Assembly: GCA_002633005.1 (NCBI GenBank)
Contig: NMRA01000032.1
Span: 1,034,911 to 1,098,910, forward strand
Length of the DNA stretch: 64,000 bases
Reading direction: 5' to 3'
Source: Phoronis australis
Lineage: Eukaryota > Animalia > Phoronida
The notes under the pieces were generated by a model, which saw only the letters and a program-made list of their open reading frames with translations, made no database searches and had not been told where the DNA came from. Shown piece after piece: positions 28,301-43,300 of the stretch (positions within the stretch are counted from its first letter, which is position 1; each line of letters opens with the position of its first letter). The position numbers and the translations under genes are program-made.

Positions 28301-31300
28301 GAAGAGTTACTGACATGGGTGCGGCAGACCGAGTTTAAGATGGCAAAATCACGTGCCCCACGCTCTGACCTGGAAGGGGTCAAATCGTTGGCTAATGAGC
28401 TTCAAGGGATTTTGAGTCAAAAAGAAGCTCATAAGCGTGAGTATCAACAGCTTAAGTCTACTGCCAGTGAGTTGACAAACTTGGAACCGTCGAAGGCTTC
28501 TACGTGCCAAGCTGAGATGGGGGCTGTGGATAGAGAATGGGAGCATCTACAGGTGAGTGTGTTGGTAGATTGTGGAGTGTTGGTGAAAGTGGGGATGGCT
28601 GGCATTGAACAGTGGATGTAGATGAGGAAAGATCCATGTTGTATGTCTTTAGTAGGGGAGGCCATTTTGCAAAAGTTACCTCTGCAATAATGCCGTAAGA
28701 GTATCGCAAATTAAATTGTGAAATTTTCTGAGCGTACAAAAACTTCCTCCAAAATGATGCAAAGCTGAAGCAGTGTACTTCATACCTGTTTTTTAGCATT
28801 ATATCTATTGATGTCACACGGTCAATTTTTTCACCCCTTTTTTATAGATTATTCCCACAAAGTGACCTCCGTATTCAGATGGTGGGCGACCAACACACTA
28901 TAGTGTTTAGAACTATCATAGTTACTAATCAAGCACAGGAATACTTCAGTATGATTTACTTCTGTGCCTATAAATCATGGTGCAGTCTTTTTTCATTTAC
29001 AATCTAACTCCTTAGATAGCCACGTTGACTTCATCATGTGGTTTGCATCACTACCCATGCATCCATTTTATTCCCCAGTCTCACCTTGAAGAGAAAGACC
29101 ACACGTACTCCACCGTCCTGTCACTATGGGCGCAGTACAATGATGCCAACGAGATCGTTCAAGAACAATTAAAGAAGCCTACCACGTTATCGTCCAAGCC
29201 TTTAGTGTTCAGCTCTCAGAACCAAGTGGCTAAACACCTGGATGAGTTAAAGGTAGGATATACGTTATTGATGCTAGTTATGACCCCAGTGTGTACATTG
29301 TAAGGCCTTTGGTTTCTGTTTTTGAAAATTGAGCTGGTTGTGCAGTAATTTTTAGTCGCTCACTTTTTGAAAAATCAACTAGATGAACAAAAATGATGCG
29401 GGATCTGTTTTTTTACTCACCGCTTAGCAAATCATGGCATTTCAGACCTTTGTTACCCTTGCTTACCTTTGCTTACCCTTGCTTACGTGCCTTTGTGCAG
29501 TTTTTCAAAACTAAGACCTTGCCTGAGAACAATACAATTCATTTTTGTCATTAGCAATATCATCAACACGTCGGGTTTGTCATTTTTAATTAGTCTTTTT
29601 CATTTTTTATCATTATTTGTAATTTCATTGTTGACGAAAAACTTTGAGGCTATACTAAAATGAAACAAGATAGAACTAAAATTCAAGAGTTGGGGAAATG
29701 GCATAGCAACTTTAAGTATTATTTATTTTTAACCATTGTGTACATTATAATATCTAATATATACATATTTAAAGCAATGGTCAATGTCTGCTTTGAAGCA
29801 TAAACATGTGTCGCATTATGCCAGTAATCGAACAGCCCCATCTGTAGGCTTCTTCAGTTACATTTCACACTTTGTTGTGATTTTGATGCCAATTTTAATT
29901 CTCTGCACCATCTTGCAGGGTTTCTTTTATTACAATCTAATGGCCCATCAGCAACGGCTGAGTGTTAAGGCCATTGTTGCTTCTATTTATTTTATCTCAA
30001 ATTTACCTGAAGGGCAGAGCCACTTAGGGATAATCCTCTTTCCGTGACCCAATTTCTATGACCTACTTTCTTTAATGTTTACATTTTATTATTGCCTTGC
30101 TATCTTGGGCTGTGAAATATTTGACAAGATAAGACTGGTCTTCTGAGATTAGTATGAATGATATTTGAGGAGAAGTTGGGTTGTAAGGGGCACGTGCTTG
30201 TTTCACTGAAATGGACTCTGCTGTGTACTGCAAAAACTCAACTCTATTCCTCCTATGCTGGTAACAGCTCTATACATTGTGTAGTGTGTGAGTATAGCAA
30301 CTTATTCTGTGCCCAAGCCCAGAGTATTGTTTGGTGCCTGGGACCTTACAATTTGTTTTGCCATGAGATGGATTATGATTGCAAATTGGAGGCATGATGC
30401 GATGTTTGTGGCGTCAGTTATATGCTGTAACATTAACTTTTTAAAAGAAATGTCTGACTATGTATATATTACGTATACGTCATTTTAATGAATGAATGAG
30501 TGCCTGAGTGATGAACAACTGAAAATTAATTTCACTTCTTTTATATTGAAATTATGAGGTTTTTATTGTTTTGGGAGCACATTTATCAAGTTATTGGTTA
30601 ACAACTTTCGTGATTAATATTCAATGTCATCTGGCCAATTTCAGAATGCCAGCCTTGACCTGTCTCACAACCATGGCGTCCTCGACTCCTTTGTCACCAC
30701 AGGGCACCAGCTGGTGAAGGAACTGCAACACATTCCCGACTTCAACTGTTCACCAGTCAACTCACAAGTTGAGGCCACGAAGCAGCGGTGGGCAGACACT
30801 ATGAAGGTCTGTTGTTGGCTGAATTTGAAGAATGAACATGCATGCACCTGTTTGGGTTTTGCCCACATTTTGCTGGTTTTGAACGTCTGTTGCATTCTAT
30901 GCCAACTCAATGATTTTTGAAATTGTTAGATAGGGTAGTTTGTCCTAGTTCATACCTATGTCAGCAGCCTTGTAAGGCAATGGTAAACTTTTACGAAGAA
31001 CGTGTTGTCAGTCAGTTGTAGTTGATACTATTTTTGCATCTTATTTTCCCCAAAATGATAGACTTTCACAATAGAATGATCATTTATAAAACGATTATAG
31101 TATTTTTTCTAACTTAATGCAAAATCACATATTTTCTCCAACATTGATGAGAAGAGTGCGCTATATGAGATTTCCTTTAAAATACATTCGCGTTTGATTA
31201 CTGTTGGAGGAAGTGAAGTTTTCCCATCGTGAACTTATGGACAGTAAACTTGTCTGTCTCAATCATGTGACCATCGCTTTTTACATGTACATATTAGTCA

Positions 31301-34300
31301 ATTGCACATTCTTCAAAAATGCAATTAGAGTAAACAAATTCACAGTCTTATCCATCCGCATAAACACTGTTCCATGAAATTACGCAGGTCTGCTGCAAGG
31401 TCAGAACGCTAGACCTTAGTTGTTCACAAAATACTTTGATCTGTTGCAGAATCTCAGTGAAGGTCAAGAGAATCTTGAAAGTCAGTTGGTCTTGTGGGAC
31501 CAGATTGGGTCAGGATTTGAAGAGGTCAACAACTGGGTCAGTGCTACCGTTGACAAACTAGAAAGCTGTCTGAACGACTTCGGTGATGCGGTGTCCGTCG
31601 AAAATGCTCTTCAGCGTTACAAATCCGAATTGCCGCACATGGAAGAAGTGAGCGACTCAGTCGACAGTAAGATCACTGAACTTCAAAAATTGAATTCTGG
31701 GAAAAAGATTGACGATCTTCTGAGTCAGCAGCAGAACATGGACATGCAGTTCATAAAAGCCAGCGAACTGTGCGAGAAACTGGAACAGAAGCTGTCGGAC
31801 TTCTTGTCGAAAAAAGACGACCTTCAGGCTGAGATTGAGGAGAAAGCAGAGTTAGTTGGTCAGATGAAGGACAATCTGGCGAAAATTGACAATGTGCAGG
31901 GAACTGACGAGGACCTGTTAGGTAGACTTCACAGAGCTACAGTAAGTATTTTGATTACTTTGGTCCTCAATGCCTCATTCAAGTTTGCCACATTTGTTAC
32001 TTTGTCTTTGTTTGCTAAATGCATTCTGTAGGAAATGGAATTTGCACTTGGGTTGCTATATTCTTTCATCCAATCTTGGTTTCCATTCTTTTGTGTGGTG
32101 ACCATAGATGTACTGTATGTTTTCAAATGCATTTGATAAATCTATAAAAAAGCTTTCATGTGGATTTACTCTCGTTACAGAGCATGAAGGAACAGTTGCT
32201 TACTCAGGGACAGACACTCAAGAATATTGAAGGCAGTCTGGACAAGTTGGAGTCTGAGTTCCCTTCTGCACAGGCGGCTAGTCTTGCTAAGGATTCTGCA
32301 GTCATGCAGAGGAAATATGAAGCTGCTCTGAACAAAGCTCATAAGGTATAATGATAGACTGATGAAAAGTGAAAATGAAGCATTTTGACTGAGCTATTAA
32401 TGTCAGATTCGTATTTTAGAAGTTCTCAGACACTTCAAATTTTTTTGTCCTAATCGTTCCGGTATCCTTATTAAAATAAATTGAGAAAAGTTTGAAAACC
32501 AAAGAACGTACTTATCTTATTCACGAAAGCAACAATTATAACTTGCTTGACTAGCATATAGACTGCTGTAATCTCTTTTAGTTTAGTGGCTATATGAATC
32601 ATCTCAGTCTTTATCTGTAAATAAATTGGTAAAACTTTGAAAACTTAAGAAAGGTTCGATTTTACATACTTGCTCACGAAAGCAAGAACTCTAAATTGTT
32701 TGATGAACAGCTAGGTCGTGGAAATTCCTTTTGGTTGATTGTCTATAAGTTTTCTCTACTATCCCATATCTATTGATATGGAAAGGGACTAAACTTAAGG
32801 TTATTTTTAAGTGTCATCTACTAGACGAAGTCTTGCAACATTGACAAAAATCCTCAGTATTGTAAAGCATCAAACCAGTTCAGTCTTGTTGTATATTGAC
32901 CACTTATAGGATCTCTAGCACTGAAGAGCATATAACAATAACAATGCCACGAGGTGGCCTAACAATGCATTACAAATATCTCTCTGGTCTGTCTGCCACA
33001 GGTTGAAGAGAACCTACAAAGTGCCATTGAGCAGCAGTGCCAAGAAGCTGTGCAGGACCAACTGAGATGGCTGACTGCTGGGCAGGAGAAGGCAGACTGG
33101 TGCCTCGACCTGACTGGGGACAAGTATAGCGTGGAGGCCAAATTATCCACTGTACAGGTGAGGGGGGATGGGTGGTACAGGAACTAAGGGGTGGATGTGG
33201 TAGGGCATCAGAAGGCGGGCTTGTGCCTGGACCTGACGGTACAAGTATATTGTGGAAGACAAACTATCCACTGTACAGGTGAGGGAGTAGGGGATTCAGG
33301 GGTAGTGGATTCAGGAGTAGGGGGTGCAGATTGTCTCAAATTGTGCCCTGGAAAGTAACTCTTTGTTGCATGGGAATTTAGTATTGTTTGCAGCTGCTGT
33401 TTGCCTGTTAACCTGGCTTAAAATCAAAATAAACCTTTTGCTTTCATAAAATTATATTCCTTACCATGGTAGTTACCAAATCAGTCTCAAGCAATGTGAC
33501 ATTTTCAAATTTGCCATTTTCAAATTTGCAGTTTTGACTCAAGAAAACGATTGAATGTTCATTGGATTGGGTCAACCCTAAAATGCAAATTTGAAAATGG
33601 CGAATTCAAAAATGTCACATGTACACATTGCTTGGTAACGAAAATATAATCCTACCATGGTAAGGAATATTATGAAACCAACCTTATGAGAGTAAAAACC
33701 CTTGTTCAATTTTTGTCTTTAGCCAGCTAAGTGGAGCTTTAATATAATTTCTCTGTAATTAGGACCTTCTGGCAGCTGTTAAGGAGGGTCAACAGAAGAC
33801 TGACAATGCTCAGAAAAAACTGGACGTACTCAAGCAAGTGCTACCGGCTGAAAAACGAGCTGAAATTGATGAGCAAAAGGTGGAGCTTCAACACGAATAT
33901 GAAGACTACCTGGAGAAAATTGAAGAGGCACGGTGAGTGTTGAACAACGGTTGTATCAATAAATCATGATTTTATTTGCTTTTGTTTACTTTGAATGTGA
34001 TATGGTTATCAGTAAAACAGTTTTACTAGGAGTCTGCAGGTGTGATATCTGTCTAGGTTACCATTGAAAGTTGAAAGAGTGTTTTCAGTTAGCATTTGTC
34101 TCGATTTCTCTTCAGTTTTGATATACACCGCTGTCTGGCATCCACTCTGACATAAGTGTTTGTTTTGACTTATTTAATATTTTAAACTATCTCTTTGACA
34201 AAACTGGCTCTTGGTATCATTTCAAGATGTTTTATGGCAGAGTTTTTGTGTACTTATTTCATTTTGGCGTTTCATGGAAGCATGACGTAGTATGGTGTTC

Positions 34301-37300
34301 ATGTTACATTCTTAATGTATTTCTACAGTGATGTGCTGAGTAAGACCTCTGCACAGTGGCAAGACTATGATGTTCTGTATGAAGCTATGTCCAAGTGGAT
34401 TAAAGAGATGGAGGCAAAGATCAGGAATGAATCTGTGTTGCAACCTGATGTGGCTTCAAAAAACAGTCAAGTAGCCACATTCAAGGTAAATAACAATGGT
34501 AATATTTATAGAAATTCAGGGTGGATGATTTAGGGTCTTTATTTTATACTTTGGATAGTCACGATTTGTTTTCGGGGACGTAGAAAGCACTGGAAACTAG
34601 TAATCTGTTGCAAAATGGCTATTAAGCAGGACTGGGTACCTAGGTATCTGGGATCTTGTAAACTGAAAGCCTACATGTGTTGTTATGCAGATATTTAAGG
34701 CTATCTGTATATCACTTTGAGATTATCCTGTAGGCTGTTATAGGACTATCAAATCTTTTAGATGATTTTGTGAACATCATGCTGAAGAAAGTGATGCCTA
34801 ACAACAAGTTGTTTGATGTATTTAAAAACTTGACTGCCCCACTGAATGCAAATTTGCTCAGTTCATATACCATCCCGTATCCTTCCCCCTCAGGATGTTC
34901 TTGGTGACATCAAGGCCCACCTACCAGACATTGGACGTATCCAAGACCAGGCTAGACAGTTAGCCTCCACCAGTGGTGACAGCAAGCTTCCTAACTACGC
35001 TCAGCAGATTGCAAATCGCTTCCAGAACCTGCAGGACAGTGCCAAGGTAAGTGGAGTCTGTGATATTCAGACACAAGAATCTTGCGAGTAAAGCTAGTAT
35101 TGTCACGTGCTTTGCTTGCAATGCGTGGCAAGTCTTGTGTAATCATGCGTTTTCACAACTCTTGCAGGATAATTTTAATGTAATTTTGGGGGTTTATAGG
35201 AAACGTTAACAACTGAAAGACATGGTTTGTTTTAAGTTGCAATTCTGCTTAAAAACTTTATTGTATCAAGCAGTGTATTAAGAGCTAGAAGTCTAGATAT
35301 ACCCTTTGGATCAGGTATGTCGAATTTGCTGCAAAAGGTGTTTGCCTTTGACATTGGCATGATTGTCAAGCATTATGTAGGTTTGGATTTGCGATGAATA
35401 TTTACATGCTATCCAATTTACACTTTACTAAAAATGTCTCACTTTGTTGAGACTCCATTTACTTGAAACTGATAAAAGAAGAATTTCATTATCTAGTTTC
35501 CAAGAAATGTATTTAATTCGCCATATGTATTAACATTCAGTACAGATTATATGTTGTAATTGTATCTCAACTCAATTAATGATTACAGGAAACATCAGAG
35601 AAGTTTGAAGAGGGTGTTGCTGATCACCTGAAGTATAAAGAGACATACAATGACTGCGTGTCATGGCTGGAGGACACTAGCGACCTCTTGAGGGAGTGCT
35701 TGGACACTGCTGGTGAGAAGGAAGACATTGAAGATAAACTGGATGCCGTTAAGGTAAGCAGAAAGAAGGGAGTTTTATAATTTATTTAGCATTTTGTTTT
35801 TTAGTATAATTCAGCAGAATGTAGTCTTTAGTACAAAGCTTGTCACTTATTTTATCTCAATTTTAACAGTATCATCTTCATGTTTTTAGGAACTCTACTT
35901 CATTAGTCTGACCCAGCGACAAGAGATATATTCAGAACATTTGAGAAATGTAAAATGGAGAATTATAAATAATTATTGTCATGTAGTATTTAGTGAGATT
36001 TAATGTTACTTAATGTTATTTAACGTTTTTTTTTGAAAAATGTTTAAAACTGATTAAATTTGATTCCTAATCTGTTGAGTGTGATCAAACTCATTTCCTT
36101 TTGAAGTAAGGTTTTCATGTGAAAAGCCTCAGTTTTTAATTGTTCGATGTGACTGTTTCAGGACATTCTGTCTATAAAAGAAGTTGGTTTGTCCAAGTTC
36201 AACTCAGCTGTGGAGTGTGGGGAGAGGCTGTACCCCACCACGTCGACAGAAGGCCGTGAGACCATCCGTTCCAACCTTCACCATCTGCGCGAGTCATGGG
36301 AGTCATTCTGTGACGAGCTGAGCAACGCCCAGCGACAGCTGGAGGCGTGTCTGTTGCAGTGGTCATCCTATGACGAGCATTATGAACAGCTATTGGCGTG
36401 GGTGAAGGACAAGGAGGCGGTCCTTAAGGAGGAGGTGGAGCTGAAGCCAAGTTTATTGGAGAAGAAGACTCTGGCACAGGCATACAAAGTAAGTGATGCA
36501 AATGATGGGCCGTAATGTAGAATTTCTCTCTTTACTTCTGCCGAAGTGTTGACAAAAATTCCGTCGTCTTAAAAAAGTCTCCTACTGATACCTTTGAAGT
36601 ATTATTGTAAAGGTCAGTTGAGGATTGAATGTTTAATATGTGCCTAAATTATCCTCTCTTCATAAAATACTTCTAATAGGTTTGCTCGAATTCCATCTCA
36701 ACATATTTTTTTCACTCACAGTATGTGAAATTTTTTTGTTTCCATCTTTCACCAATGCAAGATGTGCAGTCTTTGTTTTGCCTTTTATGATTTCATCCTT
36801 TCCCACCGAGGAATTTTATTTTACTGTATATCAAATCTTTATTAATCCATATTTACAGACCATTCTACAAGATGTTGTCGCCCACCAGTCAATGATTGAC
36901 AACATAGACCAGAAGGCTGAAGTGTTAGCCTCACCCCGTACTAGCGACAAGATGAGTCAGATCAAGTCACGCTACAGACAGCTGTGTCTGATGGCAAAGG
37001 TAATAAGAGATATTAAGTAAACTATTCTACTGGATGGGTCAAGTATCTTTGAATACGATGTTTAGACATAACCACCAGGCCACACTTCATTCTTTTGTTG
37101 CTGATTATTTAGTTATATATTCTGTTATGTCTAAAATAGAATATCTTGTTTAACTCGCACCTTTTTGTGGTAATTAATGTGACGCTCATAATTTCTGTAT
37201 GAGAATGCAGTAAATATCTCTTTGACAATTTTACCGTATGTGAGTGTGGCGTGATGTTTCGATGTGTTTTTTATTTCTTATGTGTTCAAAACCCTTATTT

Positions 37301-40300
37301 GGGCTTTAATTCAAGTTCTTGTAGGCATTGGTATGTAACTTCTTTTTACAATTAAGACTAACCAACTATTTCATCCAATATAAACCTTTCCCCTTCCGTG
37401 CTTCAGCGTAAGTCTTCAAGTTCTCAAGAAGTTAACCTTTAACGTTTTTACATTCCTTACAGGACCAGTATGCTCTGTGTGAACAGTATGTGGACCAGCA
37501 CCAGTCATATCAAGACAATCTTCAGCAAGCCACTGATTGGCTTAGCTCAGCCAATGACAAGCTGACTATCTGTGCAGATGTGGCAGGGGACAAGCATACT
37601 CTGCAGAACCGACTGGCACGATTGGAGGTGAGCTCCTTTTTGCAGTTATGTGACTTGAAAGCCTATGAGAAACAAGTTAAGACTGAAAATTGTATGTCGT
37701 GAAATTTAATATTTTGTCACTAGATTGTATGTGTTAAGAGTGACACTGAATCCTCTTTTTTTGCAAGTGTTACGATACCTTTTTAGTAACCAGACTCACA
37801 TAGAGATATGGTGATTACATTCTTACTATGAGATGCATTGTACATGTCACATTATAATATTACATATAATAATGTTATGATTTGTTGTGGCTATGTATGA
37901 GTTTGCATTTTGTTTCCATTGCTTGTAGCAAATTGATTGCTAGTATTTGTTGTGTTCATTTGGGATAAAAGACCCTAAATGCCTCTACTCAAATGACTGC
38001 AACGGAATGAGAAATTGGGGTAAAACAGACCAAACCTTTTTCGCAATGTTATGTGGGTCATTTTACCGATTTTACAATAATACGTACCACATCAATTCCT
38101 ATCCTTCAGGACTTGTCGGCAACCAAGCCGGAGGGTGAATCGAAGGTGTCTGAAGCTAAGTCCCAGGGAGTACGTACCCTGCTACAGACAGCTCCCTCGG
38201 GCCAGTCCACCATCAAGTCTGACCTTGAGCATGTGCACGACAACTGGACGGGATTTGGCGGACGTCTCGACGACGTTCGCCGTAAACTAGAGGGCGTAGT
38301 GAAAAACTGGGACGAGTATGAGACAACCTATGATTCACTGAGTGCTTGGCTGCGGGAAAAGGAAACGCAACTGAGAGATTACGAACTGAAACCGTCATTA
38401 GCTGATAAAACCGCCCAGCTGGAATCTTTTAAGGTACCTAACTTATTGCATGTCTCAGAATAAATGGTGAAATGTGCTGATACTTAGGTGGTGGTATGTG
38501 TCAACGCTGCTCAATATATCATGAAGTAACAACATATATGTCGTAATTTTAGCAGAGGGGATGTTAACAGTACAAGTAGTCAACTTGTAACATTTTTGGT
38601 TATGTAGAACCTGATCACCAAATCTGTGCGTTTTTCCAAATATCTACAAAACTATAAATTATCGTGCACTGATGCTAACTCAGAGTGCTGGTAGAGGTAA
38701 TGCTGAACAATGGTGAGTCTATTCTTGTTTAAAATATTTTTGAATTTATTTAAAGAATAAAAGTATGAACTAAATGTTGTATTTTTATATAAAAGGTGTT
38801 GGCAACATTTCTGTGTGCTTAATTGTCTCTAGCATTTTGCTCTAAACCAGTTTTGTTCCCTATAGGTTCTACAGCAGGATGTCCAGAACAAACAGTCTTC
38901 CTTCGAGAACCTGGCGGTGAAGGCCCACCAACTACAGAGCAGTGAGAGTAAACTATCCAGTTATTCTAAACAGCTGAGTGGTCGCTACCAAGCTGTCAAG
39001 AGCTCGGTCAAGGTATGTACTGCTTTGTAGACTGGTGGTGTGTTATTATTATTATTAGTAGTAACTAGAAGCTCCATCTTTTGGCTGATCATGAAATGAC
39101 AAGACCAATAATTGTGATTTATTACAGTTTTCAGTAGCTACAATTTGTCAGTTGTTTGTGAGGAAATAAATTAATGTAAAAGTTGAGACCACTTTTGTAA
39201 CTGTGGAAAGTCTAAGTCACAAAAAGTTGGAGTTTTTTACCTTGAAATGAATGCTGGGTAATGTGATCCTTGAATAAGAGACATTAACAAAAATGGATGC
39301 TGAGTGAAATTTTGAAAGAAATTGACATGTTAGGGTAAAATAATAATTTCATTACTTTCATTGTGATTTGTGTAGAAGCTCCATAGGTGGCGTTAATGCC
39401 TGAGCCGTCACCTTGCCATTTGATGTGAACGTTTGTCTTACAGGATGTGATAGCCAAATGGCAGGAGTATGTTGCTCAACACCAAGTCTTTGACAGTAGT
39501 TTCCATGACAACCAAGCTTGGCTGGAACGACTACTGTTGGACTTGGGTCGGTGTGCGGTCACTGGTGACCGACAGAGTTTGGAGGAAGTACACGCCAGAC
39601 TGCAGGTATTGTGCGGTTTCTTGGCTTAGCTGTATTTTTCTGTTGTATGTGGGTTGAAAAAAGGCAGTGAACTTTAAGATCTTAGGTATCACAAAATGTT
39701 CTATTATGCAACTGGAGGTACATTAGCTAGGTTTGTGTATTCTGGCGGTATTTCAATGCTTATTAGTGTCTATTAGCATTTAGACTTGGTTATTTGAAAA
39801 GGAATTATGCACTGTTCAGGATGAATATCAATTGTTGCCCATGTGTAATGTTATTTCGACTTCTAGGAAGTAATATTATCTACAGTATAATAGATATATG
39901 TTTTTCATAAGTGCACAAATCTTGTTCAAAACAAAAAGAAATTTAACACAGATCATTTGAGCTTGACAGTTTGCGAGTTGGACATTTATTTTAGTGAAGG
40001 TTGAACGTTTAATTTCCAGGACTTGATGAGTGAACGAGATGACGGCAGTAGTAGGATATACCACACGTCAGAACTGGGTGAGAAACTGTACCCCAATACC
40101 TCCAGCGATGGACGGGACACCATCCGCCTTCAGCTGAGAGGGCTTCGGGAGAGGTGGGACTCTTACTGTGACAGGCTGAATGAGTCACAGCGCAAGTGTG
40201 AGTCATCTCTTCAACAGTGGAAGACTTGGGAAGATAGCTTTGAACAGCTCCAGAACTGGCTAGCTGACTGCCGGTCTAAACTGAACCAACAAAGTGAGGC

Positions 40301-43300
40301 TAAGGCCTCTTTGGGCGACAAGAAAACCCAACTGCAGCACTTGAAAGTGGTTCAACAAGATATTTCCTCCCACCAACATCCTGTCGAGAGCCTCGCTGAT
40401 CGAGCTCAGTCCCTGTCAGAAGCCTCGAACACTAGGGTTATGAACCAGGCTGCAGAGCTAGCCAAGCAGTACTGGGAGGTGGTTGAGTTGGCCAGCCAGC
40501 TCATCGGCCAATCAGAGCAGAGTGTGAAGGATCACCAGCAGTTCCAAGACAGTCACCAGGAGATGTCCGATTGGTTGGTGGCCGCTTCGGAGAAGTTGGT
40601 CATGTGTGCTGATACGACGGGTGACAAGCACTCTGCGCAGAACAAACTGGATAGAGTTAAGGTGAGCCTCTTGTCATGTGTGTTGGGTCTGGTCATGTTG
40701 TGCCGGGGTCAGCCATGTCTATGATGTTGCAGCCTAATCACAGTACCTTATGCTTGCCAGACTCTGACTTGTGTCTATAATGCTACTGAAAACTGGACTG
40801 TTAAGGAATATTTTAGTGAAATGTTTTAGCTGTTGTACACATTAGACGTGTATTTTTAAAAAAAAAACTTCTTAAAAGTGCAAGAATTAAAAGGTACACT
40901 ACTGATTAAATTGTGCCAAATAGCGCTGCTGAAAGAGACCATGATGAAAGCAGAAGTGATATAATGATATCCTACTGAGTTGCAAGATAAAAGCTTGTTT
41001 ACGGATTTGGGTTTTGAATGTTATATTTAGTTTGTTATTCATGGAATATCTGCACATTCACTCCAACTTGTTTCCAGGAAATTCAAGTTCAATCCCTGAA
41101 GGCTGCCAACAAAATGAAGGCAGTTCAAGATTTATGTGACATCACATGGAACAACACGTCGCCCTCTGGTAGAGAGACGCTCCGACATAGTCTGCAATCC
41201 TTGGAATCCTATTGGACAACCTACACGACCTCGTTAGCCGATGCCAAGAGTTCATTGGAGGAGGTAGTTAGCCAGTGGACAGAGTATGAGACGTGTTCCG
41301 AGGCGACGCTTCAGTGGATAAAGGACCACGAGGTGGCGCTGAAGGGCGTGGAGTTGAAGGGTACCCTTGAGGAGAAGCAGAGTGAGGTGCAGAAACTGAA
41401 GGTTTGTAGAGTTTAGTTTCCTGGCAACAGCCAGAGAGTACTGCCTGCTGAATTTCTGCTTTCAATTCCATTTGGTACAGGTTAGAAATTTAAATGGAGG
41501 ACTGACCAAAACGTGTAATTTTACGTTTAGTGTCTATCTGATTTTTTCTTAATGAGGCTTTTGGTTAATTATTTTATGTTTTGATGTCTGAGCAATGTAC
41601 GTAATTTTCCTACCCAATGGAAAGTACAGAACTACTTTCAGTTTGTTAATAAAATGTCCTATGTTTGATTTTGCCATTTGCTATACGTCATTGTGTTAAA
41701 ATACTGAAGCCTGGAATTCTGGTCAACCATTGAGGCCATCACCAACACTGTAACAGGGTACTGGCTGTACGTCTCATATTTCCCACCATTTCAGGCACTG
41801 AAGTCAGAGGTCGTTGCCTACCAAGGCACCATCGACATGTTCACTGATATAGCCCAGGCACTTACTCACACCACCTCCGATGCTCGCATACAAAATACAC
41901 TGACCACGGTCAAGTCTCGTTATCAAGCTCTCGCTAATGCTGTCAAGGTATGTCTCTGATCTAAACAGCAGTGTAAAACCGGTTGCTTAGCAACTAGCTA
42001 TACATTGTATAACTTGGTGTATGGTTCAAGTTAACGATTGACGTTTTTGTGCTTGGACGTTTGTGGGATATACATCTTCCCCGATCATCACTCGTTGGCT
42101 GGAACCGTTGGTGTTAACATTCTCTGTTTTTATTGGTTGGTTTCATTCGACTTGAAAGGCCAACATCCCACAATGCATTGCAGATATCCCACAAATCTCA
42201 AAACCATTAAAAGGTCAATTGATGTTGATTAAAATTACGTAATATTTAACTTTCCATGTTTTATCTATTTTATTTGTTGCTTGAACAGAAAATAACGTAA
42301 TCCTGATGTGATCTCAAAAATTATTTTCAGTTTACATTTTCCTAGTAGACTTTCTAGAATGATACCAATTTTGAAACAAATCCAGACAATTCTCTCAATC
42401 TTCTCTCTGTGACATGTTTCTAGGATGCTATCGATGTGTGGGAAAGTTATATAGTGGATCACAAGCAGTATGCAGAGGGTCGTAATCTTTATCAGACCTG
42501 GATCAAGCAGGAAATGATGCAGTTGGAGTCATGTGACTCGATCAAGGGCAACAAGGACACACTAGAAGAACATAACGATGCTCTGCAGGTCATCGTAGCA
42601 CAGAAAGAGGCGGGACTGGTCAAACTCAANCCACCATTTCAGGCACTGAAGTCAGAGGTCGTTGCCTACCAAGGCACCATCGACATGTTCACTGATATAG
42701 CCCAGGCACTTACTCACACCACCTCCGATGCTCGCATACAAAATACACTGACCACGGTCAAGTCTCGTTATCAAGCTCTGGCTAATGCTGTCAAGGTATG
42801 TCTCTGTTCTAAACAGCAGTGTAAAACCGGTTGCTTAGCAACTAGCTATACATTGTATGACATGGTGCCTGGTTCAAGTTAACGATTGACATTTTTATGC
42901 TTAGATGTTTGTGGGATATACATCTTCCTCATCACCTGCTGGCTGGAACCATAGGTGTTTTAACACATTCTCTGTTTTTTATTGGTTGGTTTCATTCGGC
43001 TTGGAACGTCAATGTCCCACAAGGTATTGCGGATATCCCACAATTCTCACAACCATTAAAAGGTCAATTGATGTTGATTAGAATTACTTAATATTTAACT
43101 TTCCATGTTTTATCTATTTTATTTGTTGCTTGAACAGAAAATAACGTAATCCTGATGTGATCTCAAAAATTATTTTCAGTTTACATTTTCCTTGCAGACT
43201 TTCTAGAATGATATCAATTTTGAAACAAATCCAGACAATTCTCTCAATCTTCTCTCTGTGATATGTTTCTAGGATGCTATCGATGTGTGGGAAAGTTATA

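Noticed and set aside
29920-30047. In-phase acceptor followed by GFFYYNLMAHQQRL..FP* in a 1.4-kb intron
   Set aside because: Composition is intron-like and there is no spectrin-helix resemblance; likely chance
42436-42882. ORF joining two exons in scrambled order across an X
   Set aside because: Chimera produced by the N-gap duplication, not a real exon shuffle
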